Source of the DNA: Candidatus Latescibacterota bacterium
GTDB lineage: Bacteria; Latescibacterota; UBA2968; UBA8231
Direction of reading: 5' to 3'
NCBI GenBank assembly: GCA_965248265.1
Contig: CBDFJF010000001.1
Span: forward strand, 1,760,001 to 1,824,000
Length of the DNA stretch: 64,000 nt
Part shown: positions 1 through 9,030 of the stretch, in pieces
Layout: every line of letters starts with the position of its first letter
Position numbering within the stretch: position 1 is the stretch's first letter
Position numbers and translations under genes: made by a program
The notes under the pieces: generated by a model
The model's input: the letters and a program-made list of their open reading frames with translations, nothing else
The model's database searches: none
Told to the model about the DNA's origin: nothing

Positions 1-3
1 CAG

Positions 4-53
4 ACCCGCGCACCTTTGGCAGGGTGCAATCTCCCTGTGCGGGTTTTTTTTTT
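4..53 (+). terminator. Putative intrinsic terminator
   Basis: ACCCGCGCA (4-12) pairs with TGTGCGGGT (36-44, one G-U), followed by 10 T (44-53). Confidence 0.5.
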
Positions 54-180
54 CGGGCGTACCAGAATCTTGGCAACGCATAATCGAGCTTCTCAAGCGG
101 GCGGGCTTTACGCCAGGGCACGATGAGGCTGAGGCTATATACGGAGGGGGGCTGGCCTCGGTGGAACCATTGGCGGCGGC

Positions 181-420
181 ATGGCAGGCTTGTACGGTGT
201 TGGGGTGGTGAAGAAGGCACGACGGCAAGGCATTGGAACTGCCGTAACAGCCGGTGCATGCTCATTTGCCCACGAATTGGGTTATCGTGCAGCGACATTG
301 TTTGCTTCGGGTCAAGGCAAGTACTTGTATCCACATCTCGGCTTCGAGTTTATAGGCACATTCAGCCATTGGTCATATTCCAAGACGCGACAAAGAAAAC
401 ATCAGGGGCTGAAGGCATGA
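181..420 (+). pseudogene. GNAT acetyltransferase, C-terminal fragment
   Basis: Acetyl-CoA motif VVKKARRQGIG and LYPHLGF; in-frame stops at 124-132 cut off the N-terminal part. Confidence 0.6.
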
Positions 421-424
421 GGAC

Positions 425-454
425 GCCTAACAAAGCGGATAGTTACTATCCGTT
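425..454 (+). mobile_element. Degenerate attC-like remnant
   Basis: GCCTAAC (RYYYAAC) 4 nt after the GNAT stop, followed by perfect 8-bp inverted repeat CGGATAGT-T-ACTATCCG; no canonical R' box. Confidence 0.35.
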
Positions 455-481
455 CACAAGCCTGAAAGGGGCCCTCCAAAA

Positions 482-946
482 ATGGCGAAACGAAAAATCA
501 GGGTTATTCATCCTACCGACCCCATAAATATCACCTTCGGAGCAGGCGATGAATATCGGTATCTTGCCACCGGAGACCACACGGACGGTGAATATTTCCT
601 TGTTGAAGCCACTGTACCACCTGGTGGTGGCCCTCCCCCCCATATTCAAACCCGAGAGGAAGAAGCGTTCTATATTTTAGAAGGCGAGCTTACGTTTTAC
701 AGCGAAGAGGGAGAGATTGTCGCCGGACCCGGAACCTATTTAAACATCCCCAAAGGGGCCACGCATCGTTTTCGCAACAACGGGAATCAGACGGCCAAGA
801 TGCTCTTTTTCTTTGCGCCCGCCGGTATTGAAAAGCTCTTTGACGAGTTCAGTAAAATGGATGCCCCCGAAGACGACTTGAAAGCTGCAATCAAAGCCAT
901 GAACACCTTGGGCCAAGAGTATGGTGTCGAGTACTTGGGAGAATAA
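482..946 (+). CDS. Cupin domain protein (quercetin dioxygenase-like)
   Basis: PPPHIQTREEEAFYILEGEL and IPKGATHRFRN cupin motifs. Confidence 0.85.
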   Translation: MAKRKIRVIHPTDPINITFGAGDEYRYLATGDHTDGEYFLVEATVPPGGGPPPHIQTREEEAFYILEGELTFYSEEGEIVAGPGTYLNIPKGATHRFRNNGNQTAKMLFFFAPAGIEKLFDEFSKMDAPEDDLKAAIKAMNTLGQEYGVEYLGE

Positions 947-1024
947 GCTAGACAGGCGTGCCATCTTGGAACAACCGCTCGATAACCGAGTCGCATTATG
1001 ACTCTCCATCGAACGGAGACGCTC

Positions 1025-1639
1025 ATGAAGCTCACGAGTCTCTTCACGTCTCCTCAGATCGACATTCTCGCTGACCTTCACGAACGGGATAGCCGAGAAC
1101 GGCAGGAAGGGATACGAGAGGAGTCCAGTCTCAAGGCCCTTGCGCCGGCGGTCGCGCAGTTGCTTTACCTTCTCATTGTCCGAAAAAGCGCAAAGACGAT
1201 CGTCGAATTTGGCACCTCACACGGCTACTCAACGATTCACCTGGCCGCGGGGGCCGACAGGACGGATGGTCGCGTCTACACGGTGGACATGATTCCCGAG
1301 AAGACAACATCGGCTAGGGACAACCTCGCAGCGGCTGACCTCCTGCATCGGGTTACACTGGCGACTTGTGATGGAGCCGCCTTCGCTACGTCGCTGCCCG
1401 AGAGCATCGACTTCGTCCTGGTCGACTACGGCATCCCAGCGTTTGCGCCTGCCTGGGACGCGCTGCGCGGCAAGACTGAACCAGGGTGTCTAATTTTTTT
1501 CGATGGCGGCCCAAAGGGTTACTGGGAATCGGGGGCAGCAATGGGCTTCAAGGCGCTTCTTGAAGACGACCCCGCGTTCATTGTCTCGATCCTGCCGATG
1601 GAGAAGGACCAGTTGATCGGCGTAAGAATCGCGGAGTGA
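1025..1639 (+). CDS. Class I SAM-dependent O-methyltransferase
   Basis: IVEFGTSHGYSTIHLA motif I and IDFVLVD; GGAGA RBS before ATG 1025. Confidence 0.85.
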   Translation: MKLTSLFTSPQIDILADLHERDSRERQEGIREESSLKALAPAVAQLLYLLIVRKSAKTIVEFGTSHGYSTIHLAAGADRTDGRVYTVDMIPEKTTSARDNLAAADLLHRVTLATCDGAAFATSLPESIDFVLVDYGIPAFAPAWDALRGKTEPGCLIFFDGGPKGYWESGAAMGFKALLEDDPAFIVSILPMEKDQLIGVRIAE

Positions 1640-1700
1640 TCAACCTTCAGTCTCCGTGAGGCTACCGCGACTGGGATGCGAATCAGATTAAGTGCGACCG

Positions 1701-1775
1701 ATGTATACAGCAGCACTTGCGGATCAGGCCTGCGGGCCTTCGGCAAGTTCGCGAATGGGCGGAACGTTATATGAC
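1701..1775 (+). mobile_element. Degenerate attC-like site
   Basis: Imperfect hairpin ACTTGCGGA/TCGGCAAGT with inner AGGCC/GGCCT, ending in GTTATAT (R'-like GTT core) at 1766. Confidence 0.5.
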
Positions 1776-1823
1776 ATATAAGATCCAAATGCATATAGAC
1801 ATCAGCAGGTCTATGTAAGGACG

Positions 1824-2875
1824 ATGGGGTTCCTGATGAGATCGGCGATATATGGTTTTCTTCTGGTGTGCGGCTGGACCGTTGGCAGCGAAGCGGAGGA
1901 GCGTAAACTCGGCGTGACGGTGGATCCCCGCATAGAATTGCTGTCGGTAGTTGGTGTTTTGGCGGGGCACCAGGGGCTTACCAACTATGACATCAGATAC
2001 AAGCAAGAGATTCTGAACCACTTTTCAGGGCATAGGGATCACCATGCCGTCAGGTTTCTGCGGGGCGTTATGGCCAGAGCCCTTGCTTCTGATGCTTACG
2101 CGATGGTGATGATTCATTTGTCTCAACCGCCAGCATTAGTCTTCGAGAGCCCAATCATCGATGACGAAATGGAAGACTATATTACGCGAGCGTTTGGTGG
2201 CGACATCAACATCATTGCATTCGTGGAAGGGCTCCGAGGCTTCGCCAACGACGCCAATTTCAATGAGTTTTTCGCCTCTAACGAGGACTTCTACCAATCT
2301 CTGCTCTCGGAAACTCTCGCCAAGCTTGGCAACACGGATTACATGGCTGCGCTCGAAGAGTCCTTGGACCAGTACTGCATCATGGCGGATTTGGGCCAAG
2401 TATCGTGCGTGATACAGGGATGATCGACCTTTTCAGTATTATCGGCCCTGTCGCAGAGAATGACGGTATTCCCGATTTCGGAGACGTTGCCAGACTTCAA
2501 GATGTCTTATGGCATGAGTTCGCCCATTCGTTTGTCGATCCCATAACCGCAGAGCATCTTGAAAGCGTCGAGAAATACTCAACCTTGTATGTCCCTATTG
2601 CAGATGAAATGATGAACGCCGGGGGGTATATGAACTGGCAAACCTGCGTTAACGAGCACATAATCAGGGCCATTACATGTCGATTGTTTCACGCTGAGAT
2701 TGGGCCAGCTGCCGGCGAGAAGGCGCTGGAAGCCGAAAGAGAGAAGGGCTTCAAGTACATCGACTCGATTTACTCTAGTCTGCTTATCTACGAAGCCAAT
2801 CGGTCCACGTACTCCTCCTTCGAGAGTTACTACCCCCAAATTGTTGCATCTTTCGGAGAGATTGCTGGAGAATGA
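1824..2875 (+). pseudogene. DUF4932-family secreted protein, split by a frameshifting deletion near 2360
   Basis: Signal peptide and VDPRIELLSVV in the first ORF; the second frame continues VLGPVLHHGGFGP...WHEFAHSFVDP (HExxH) and NEHIIRA. Confidence 0.7.
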
Positions 2876-3124
2876 AAGACCCGATGTCCGTCGGTGTACT
2901 GTGCTCCAACGTCACATAACAACACTGTTTCGCAAGGAGTGATCGCTTTCACTATTGGGTATCCTTTTCTGGTTTCCAAATCTTGCTCATATCTATTAGT
3001 CTAAGACTGCACTTGGCCTTCTCTTTCACGGTGTTCGCTCTTAGCAGTTTCGAATCTCGAATTCACCTATGGAGTGTTGGTAGTGAATGAATCTGAAAGT
3101 TACGGCCCCGGCCCCGGACCGGGC

Positions 3125-4072
3125 ATGCTGCTATCGACTGCACAGCTTGACGAGTTCAAAGCAGAGGGAGCGGTCGCGATTCCGGCATTGATACCTCCTG
3201 ATGTGCTTGCCGGATGGCAGGCTCAGATACGAGCCGCTTGCTCCGATGGCGTCGACTTTGACGACCCGGACACCTGGAAGCCCACTGGGCGCTACGCACC
3301 CGAGGGTGGCTGGCCCGAGTTCAGCCCCTGCCTGTATGATGTACCGAGTCTGCAGTCCATCGTGGAGCAGATCGGCGGCGGCGCCTTTGCCCCTTCCCAC
3401 CCAGCGGGGACGCGATGGACGCCGCAGGTACCGATGACACGGGTGATCCTGCCGAATGACCCGGACAAGGATTGGACCCCCCCGCACAACGGCCACCTCG
3501 ATGGCTACGCGTCAAGCTGGGGCGGGGGGTTCATGGCGATCTTCGTTGTGCTGCTCTGGGACGTCAGCAGCCCTACCGGCGGCGGCACAGCCTACTGGCC
3601 AAGGTCGCACCTGACCAATCACCGCTACTTCCTCAAGCACCCTGAGCAGTTCGACGGCTCGTACATGTTCTCTGAGCCTGTGAAGAGCGGTGGGCACCTG
3701 GCACTGTTGGAGGGGGACGACAGTGTGGGTGAGGTGGTATGCATGACGGCGCGAGCTGGCGACGCCATGCTGCTCCATGGCCTCACCACGCACATCGGTT
3801 CAGCTAACGCCCCGGGGACGAGGCAGGCACGGGTAGCGCAGTTTGCCCGGTACTGCTGCAGGGAAATGCGCGAGCAGGCACCGGCAGTCATGTTCCCTGA
3901 CAAGGATGGCACGCCATGGTCGCCGGACAAGGACGACCCCGCTGACGAACGAGCGAGGGCAACAGGATTTCTACCGCTGGATCACCCTGGCCGGCAGCTC
4001 TCACGATATGATGTGCCGGAAAACCTCTGGAAGTATTGGGGCCCTGCTGTCAACACAGAGCTCGCTGAATAA
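3125..4072 (+). CDS. Phytanoyl-CoA dioxygenase (PhyH) family protein
   Basis: LSTAQLDEFKAEG start, HLD and RAGDAMLLHGLTTHIG (HxD...H iron triad); start could extend to 3074. Confidence 0.75.
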   Translation: MLLSTAQLDEFKAEGAVAIPALIPPDVLAGWQAQIRAACSDGVDFDDPDTWKPTGRYAPEGGWPEFSPCLYDVPSLQSIVEQIGGGAFAPSHPAGTRWTPQVPMTRVILPNDPDKDWTPPHNGHLDGYASSWGGGFMAIFVVLLWDVSSPTGGGTAYWPRSHLTNHRYFLKHPEQFDGSYMFSEPVKSGGHLALLEGDDSVGEVVCMTARAGDAMLLHGLTTHIGSANAPGTRQARVAQFARYCCREMREQAPAVMFPDKDGTPWSPDKDDPADERARATGFLPLDHPGRQLSRYDVPENLWKYWGPAVNTELAE

Positions 4073-4388
4073 GTGAAGACCGATCTACTGCAGCGTGTGG
4101 TTGAGGTGTTTGCACGTGGATTCTGCTTTACGCGCAGTTTTACACACCCCTATCTGGCTGATGACGTCGGGCATGCAACCTGGTGCTCTAACATGTATGT
4201 GGATCCAAAATTTCGCCGTCGCGGAATCGGTCGAGCGATGATGTCTGCAATGCTGCGTGACGACCACACGAACGGCTCTGCGTTGGCCGTACTTACCGCC
4301 AGCCACACGGGTGCTAAACTCTATCCGGTTGTGGGGTACAAGCAAATCGGTACACTCTTTGTTGTTTACACCGAAGAAGAAGCAATAG
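4073..4388 (+). pseudogene. GNAT acetyltransferase, short and frameshifted near 4358
   Basis: MYVDPKFRRRGIGRA and LYPVVGY motifs; removing one T from CTCTTTGTTG gives a natural end GTLLLFTPKKKQ-stop (TAG 4386-4388). Confidence 0.55.
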
Positions 4389-4440
4389 CAGCACAGCGAG
4401 TGCTCGATTCAGTCCCAAGTTCCAGTATCACAACTGAGAT

Positions 4441-4905
4441 ATGTCAACCCGACGGAAACCCAAGGTTGGAGTCCAGGCGCTCATCGTTCGTGACGGCTGC
4501 CTGCTGGCCATCGTCAAGGAATACCCTGAAGGTACCTCGTACATCCTCCCTGGTGGTGGTCAAGAGCATGGTGAAACACTGGCCATCGCGATCCAGCGCG
4601 AATACGAGGAAGAGCTTGGGGTGAAGGTGGAGGTTGAGAAACTCCTGTTTGTCCGCGAATACATTGGAAAGAACCACGAGAATGCTGTCGCAGACAGGGA
4701 TATTCACGTCGTAAACATCGTTTTCGCCTGCAGCGTACCTGAGGATTACCTCGCGGCCGTGGGGCCAGCACCCGATCCTGACCAGGTGGGTGTCACCTGG
4801 CTACCTATTGAGAAACTGAATCAATATCGATTCTATCCTGGTGCGCTTCGAGAAGCTCTGCTTGACATTGCTCAATGTCAGGTCTATCTGGGAGACGTCA
4901 ACTGA
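4441..4905 (+). CDS. NUDIX hydrolase
   Basis: Nudix box GGGQEHGETLAIAIQREYEEELG. Confidence 0.9.
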   Translation: MSTRRKPKVGVQALIVRDGCLLAIVKEYPEGTSYILPGGGQEHGETLAIAIQREYEEELGVKVEVEKLLFVREYIGKNHENAVADRDIHVVNIVFACSVPEDYLAAVGPAPDPDQVGVTWLPIEKLNQYRFYPGALREALLDIAQCQVYLGDVN

Positions 4906-4953
4906 GCCCTTGAGTGCAGGCCAGTTCGCCAACCAGACACAGGAGGCACAACA

Positions 4954-5505
4954 ATGGCTGCACAACATGCGACGATGAACCGACTGCAGCGCCGGGCAAG
5001 GAAACCTGGCGAACAACGCATCAGCGGCGCAGAAATCTGGCGACTGGTCGACCTTTCAAAGAGCAAGGACCCCGAAGACCGGTTGGAAGCCGCCGACAAT
5101 CTTTGTCCGTGCCACGTTCGACGGCGGATTGATGAAGTATGGGAGGCACTCTACCGGCTGCTCGAAGACTCGGACGTAAAGGTGCGCAAAGCCGCTTTCC
5201 ACACGCTCCACGACGGTGGCGATCTGAGTGACCCCGCTCTGGACCCGATCCTGGAGCGCGGAAGCAGGAATGAGACTGATCGAAAGCTCAAACGGACGAT
5301 CACGAGGCTGCTGAAGGAACGTGGCGTCAAGACGAGAGAACGAGCCGAACTCACCCAACAGGTACAAGTGACGGTCGGAGCATATCCCGAGCAAGGCAAG
5401 TGTGACTTCTGTGGAGAGACAGGCCCGGTCAAAAAGGACTTCGACACCACGATACCGGATCAAGGCGGCTCCAGACCGGCCATGATCTGCGCGGCCTGCG
5501 ATTGA
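4954..5505 (+). CDS. HEAT-repeat protein with C-terminal Zn-ribbon-like CxxC pair
   Basis: LLEDSDVKVRKAAFHTL HEAT motif, CPCH, CDFC...CAAC; AGGAGG RBS. Confidence 0.7.
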   Translation: MAAQHATMNRLQRRARKPGEQRISGAEIWRLVDLSKSKDPEDRLEAADNLCPCHVRRRIDEVWEALYRLLEDSDVKVRKAAFHTLHDGGDLSDPALDPILERGSRNETDRKLKRTITRLLKERGVKTRERAELTQQVQVTVGAYPEQGKCDFCGETGPVKKDFDTTIPDQGGSRPAMICAACD

Positions 5506-5592
5506 AATGAAAGCGCAACGTGGGGCTCTTGCCCAGCTTCCTTCTTTCAAGCCTGTAGCGCGGACGCCAGGCGTAGTGCGAAAGGAGGCCGT

Positions 5593-6744
5593 GTGCCTAC
5601 TTCAAATTTACCTTCCTCTCCCAGTATTGAAAATCTCCGGAAACAAGCCAAGGGGCTTCTACGAGATCACAAGGCTGATAAAGCGGAAGCCCTGTCGCGA
5701 ATCAAGCAATCTCATCCAGATTTCTCGAAATCTGAATCCGCAGCACTTGACAGAGGGCAGTTCACACTTCAAGACGCACAGCTCGTCGTCGCCATCGAAT
5801 ACGGATTTCGCAATTGGCCAGAGCTTGCGCAGACCGCACAGGTCAGCGGTGAACGAATGGGACTCGTAAGAGACGCCATTGATGAGGACGACGACAGCAG
5901 CCTGAAGAGGTTGCTCGACGACGATCCGACTCTTGTTCAGGCAGAGTTCGCGTGGACGGATCGCAAGGATCGCTCCAGGTCAATTACGCCCTTCCGGTAC
6001 GCTCACATGCGCAACGCGCTCGGCTGCATGGAAGTCCTGAAGAGCGCCGGGGCGGATACGCGTTTTCTCGGCCACATGCTCTGGTGTAATGCCTACAACC
6101 TGAAGCTGACGCAGATCAGGAGATTTCTGTCACTTGGCGTTGATCCCAATCGATCTGGTGTGATGAGTGCTGCCATCGGATCCCATTGGGTCTTCGATGT
6201 TCGTCGACGCCACGAATGCATCAATACGCTCATTGAAGCTGGAGCCGTCTATGAGGATGGCCCCGTGATGGACATCCATCGAGGTCGCCTCGATGCGCTT
6301 GAAGACAGAATCAGCCGTGATCGGTCACTGCTTTCCAGCCATTTCGACTACAGGTCTGTAGACAACATGGTAACCGGAGTCACCTTACTCCACATCGCAG
6401 CGGCTCACAATGAAGTCAGGTGTGCGCAACTGCTTGTCGAGCTTGGTGCCGGTATCGATACAAAGGCCCGGATCCGTGAGGATGGCTCGGGCGGACAGAC
6501 ACCGCTCTATCACACCATCGGCTCACCTCGCGGCTCCTGCTACGATGTGTTCGAGTGCCTCCTCGAGATGGGGCCTGATCTGACTGTTCGCGCCAGCATC
6601 GATCATGATGGCGAGATTCGCCAACTCACACCGCTGGGTTACGCGCGTGCCCGGTTGGACTTCTATTCCAGGCACAAGCCAGTTACGCGACACTCATTGG
6701 CCCGCGAGATCGAAAAACTACGCCAACTTGGAGCACCGGAATGA
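5593..6744 (+). CDS. Ankyrin repeat protein with N-terminal ENLRKQAK domain
   Basis: GVTLLHIAAAHN and GQTPLYH ankyrin motifs; AGGAGG RBS before GTG. Confidence 0.8.
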   Translation: MPTSNLPSSPSIENLRKQAKGLLRDHKADKAEALSRIKQSHPDFSKSESAALDRGQFTLQDAQLVVAIEYGFRNWPELAQTAQVSGERMGLVRDAIDEDDDSSLKRLLDDDPTLVQAEFAWTDRKDRSRSITPFRYAHMRNALGCMEVLKSAGADTRFLGHMLWCNAYNLKLTQIRRFLSLGVDPNRSGVMSAAIGSHWVFDVRRRHECINTLIEAGAVYEDGPVMDIHRGRLDALEDRISRDRSLLSSHFDYRSVDNMVTGVTLLHIAAAHNEVRCAQLLVELGAGIDTKARIREDGSGGQTPLYHTIGSPRGSCYDVFECLLEMGPDLTVRASIDHDGEIRQLTPLGYARARLDFYSRHKPVTRHSLAREIEKLRQLGAPE

Positions 6745-7463
6745 ACCCCATCGACTCACCTCAGACGCTGTCTGGTTGGCCCATTCCGTGGCCGGCGTTC
6801 GAGATAGAATGGACACGTACGGCTCTCATCGTAGTCGATTATCAGAACTACAGTTCCAATCCGGATGTAGGACTGGTCAAGATGCTGGCTGAACAATTCC
6901 CCGAAATAGCCGGATACTACAAGCCTCGCCTGGCCGAGATAGCCATCCCCAACACCCGCCGCCTGATCGAAGCCTTTCGTGCAGCCGAAAGAGAGGTCAT
7001 CTACACCCGCCACGGAGCCCTGCTGCCAGATGGGCGGGACATGATTCTGCGCCGCCAGCGCCGGGACATCGACGCCATGGAAGCGACTGACCGGCCACAC
7101 CTGTGGTCTCGCGGCAGTTTCGAACATGATATCATCGAACCGTTGGCTCCGCTGGCCGGCGAGCTGGTCATCGACAAGAATGCCTCCAGCGCCTTCAATG
7201 GCAGTGCCATCGACCAGCTGTTGCGCAACATGGGCGTCGACACCCTGATCGTGACCGGAATGGCGACGGACATGTGTGTGGAGACGACGAGCCGCGATGC
7301 TGCTGACCGCGGCTACAACGTGGTACTGGTTGAAGACGCCACCGCCACCTTCGTCGAGGAGCATCATCAAGCTGCCCTGTCATCCCTCGCGCGAGTTTAT
7401 GGCCAGGTATGGGATACCCAGGGCGTGATATCAGCGCTCGAGGCGCGGGAGTCCTCTGTTTGA
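6741..7463 (+). CDS. Isochorismatase-family cysteine hydrolase
   Basis: ALIVVDYQN, IDKNASSAF and GMATDMCVETT (D-K-C triad). Confidence 0.9.
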   Translation: MNPIDSPQTLSGWPIPWPAFEIEWTRTALIVVDYQNYSSNPDVGLVKMLAEQFPEIAGYYKPRLAEIAIPNTRRLIEAFRAAEREVIYTRHGALLPDGRDMILRRQRRDIDAMEATDRPHLWSRGSFEHDIIEPLAPLAGELVIDKNASSAFNGSAIDQLLRNMGVDTLIVTGMATDMCVETTSRDAADRGYNVVLVEDATATFVEEHHQAALSSLARVYGQVWDTQGVISALEARESSV

Positions 7464-8290
7464 CCAGATTCCATGATCAGCATTTGCATTCAAGGTTCTC
7501 CGGGGATTCGAAGGCCGATCCCAGGGCCAACTGCCTCCACGCCATCGATCAGGGACTCAGTGGACTCACCTTCACCGAGCACTACGACAGACACCCGACG
7601 GAGCGGGATTCATGCATATGGGATTATGCTGTCAACGCCGATTCCGTCTCGGCACTGCGTGAGGAATTCTCAGATCGTTTGACGGTAAATCTGGGTATCG
7701 AAGTCTGCTACCAACCCGACGCCATGCCCGAGATTCTCGACCATCTGCAGAGCAACCACTTCGATCTTGTCCTTCTCAGCATTCACTGGTGCGGCGGCCG
7801 GCCGCTGCACGTCAAGAAGGAATGGAGCGGAATCGACCACAGAGCAGCAACCCGGACCTATTTCGAGACCGCCCTCGAAGCCATGCAGTTTTGTTTGAAA
7901 TTGAAGAACACCGGCCAACGAGCTTTCGACGTACTCGGCCACATGGATCTGGTCAAGCGCTATGCCAGACGGTATTGGGATGCCTTCGACATTCACGAAT
8001 GCGAAGACCTCGTAGACGAGATCTGGCGCACAGTCATCGCAGCGGATATCCTTCCAGAGATCAACACCAGCACCCTGCGGGATCGCGTCGGTGAACCCAT
8101 GCCGGGCGAGTGGACGATTGGACGCTACGTGGAATCAGGGGGCAAGGTCATGAGCATTGGCAGCGACTCCCACAGAAGCGATCATATCGGGGCTGGGTTC
8201 GACACTGCCAAAGCAACACTACTGCGTGCAGGCATTGAGGCCGCGGCCGTTTTCACCAACCGCGAAATGGAGGTTATTCCTCTTGCTTAG
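7460..8290 (+). CDS. Histidinol-phosphatase HisJ family (PHP domain)
   Basis: DQHLHS, FTEH, GHMDLV, EINTS and GSDSH motifs; TTG start overlaps the upstream TGA. Confidence 0.85.
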   Translation: MTRFHDQHLHSRFSGDSKADPRANCLHAIDQGLSGLTFTEHYDRHPTERDSCIWDYAVNADSVSALREEFSDRLTVNLGIEVCYQPDAMPEILDHLQSNHFDLVLLSIHWCGGRPLHVKKEWSGIDHRAATRTYFETALEAMQFCLKLKNTGQRAFDVLGHMDLVKRYARRYWDAFDIHECEDLVDEIWRTVIAADILPEINTSTLRDRVGEPMPGEWTIGRYVESGGKVMSIGSDSHRSDHIGAGFDTAKATLLRAGIEAAAVFTNREMEVIPLA

Positions 8291-8652
8291 ATCGCAGTGT
8301 TTGACCGCTTCAGCAGTCTTGCTGGTCTACTTCGCTGCCGGTTGCTCAAGCGACAAGACCATCACCATCGCCGGGCCCGGCGATCCCGCGGTAACGATCG
8401 TCCCCGGTGACACGCTCCCGATCGACACCCACGGCAGCCGTGGAAAGCAGTGGTGACTACGAGCTGCCCGACGACGCCGTCCGGCTGAGTTGGCGCTGCA
8501 CTGGAAGTGCCTCGGTCGAGGTTCAATCAACGTCGGGCTCATCCAGCCAGACCTGCCTCGATTCACAGCAGAGTGTGACGGTCCAGAGTCCGGGATCAGT
8601 CACCGTTGAACTTGCGGAGAGTGCCTCTTTGGTGATTCTGGCAGCGAGCTGA
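8283..8652 (+). pseudogene. Small lipoprotein with +1 frameshift in the CCC run at 8428-8430 (possibly a sequencing error)
   Basis: GGAGG RBS and lipobox FAAGC; deleting one C joins ...PIDT to TAAVESSGDYELP... Confidence 0.5.
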
Positions 8653-8674
8653 AAACACCTTACGGAGCAACCTC

Positions 8675-9019
8675 ATGCCCAGTGTTTCATTCCTGAAGGA
8701 GTTCGCCGACGCCTGGAACAGGCACGATCTCGACGCGCTGATGGAACACATGGCCGAGGACGGTGTGTTCATCTCATCAAGCGGTTCGAGGGTGGAGGGT
8801 CGCGAAGCCGTGTACGAGGCCTTCGCTTCCGTGTTTGAGGCCTTCCCCGATGCTCGCTGGGAATCCGGCACCCACTTCGTCAGCGGCAACCGCGGTCTAT
8901 CTGAGTGGATATTCTCGGGGACTGACGACGAGGATGGCGCAGTTGTAAAAGAAAAAGGCTGCGACGTTTTCACCTTCGAAAACGGCAAGATCCTGATCAA
9001 GGATACGTACTTGAAGTAA
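8675..9019 (+). CDS. SnoaL-like / NTF2 family protein
   Basis: FADAWNRHDLDALM and GCDVFTFENGKILIKDTY. Confidence 0.9.
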   Translation: MPSVSFLKEFADAWNRHDLDALMEHMAEDGVFISSSGSRVEGREAVYEAFASVFEAFPDARWESGTHFVSGNRGLSEWIFSGTDDEDGAVVKEKGCDVFTFENGKILIKDTYLK

Positions 9020-9030
9020 CCCCAGGGCAC

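Noticed and set aside
4389-4624. C-terminal extension of ORF 4073-4624
   Set aside because: It arises from a frameshift and overlaps the NUDIX gene out of frame.
5503-5592. TGA ending the HEAT gene is in frame with the ankyrin gene with no intervening stop (possible Sec or readthrough fusion)
   Set aside because: The TGA does not fall in a redox motif, and the ankyrin gene has its own strong AGGAGG RBS. An open 29-codon spacer is plausible by chance at this GC content.
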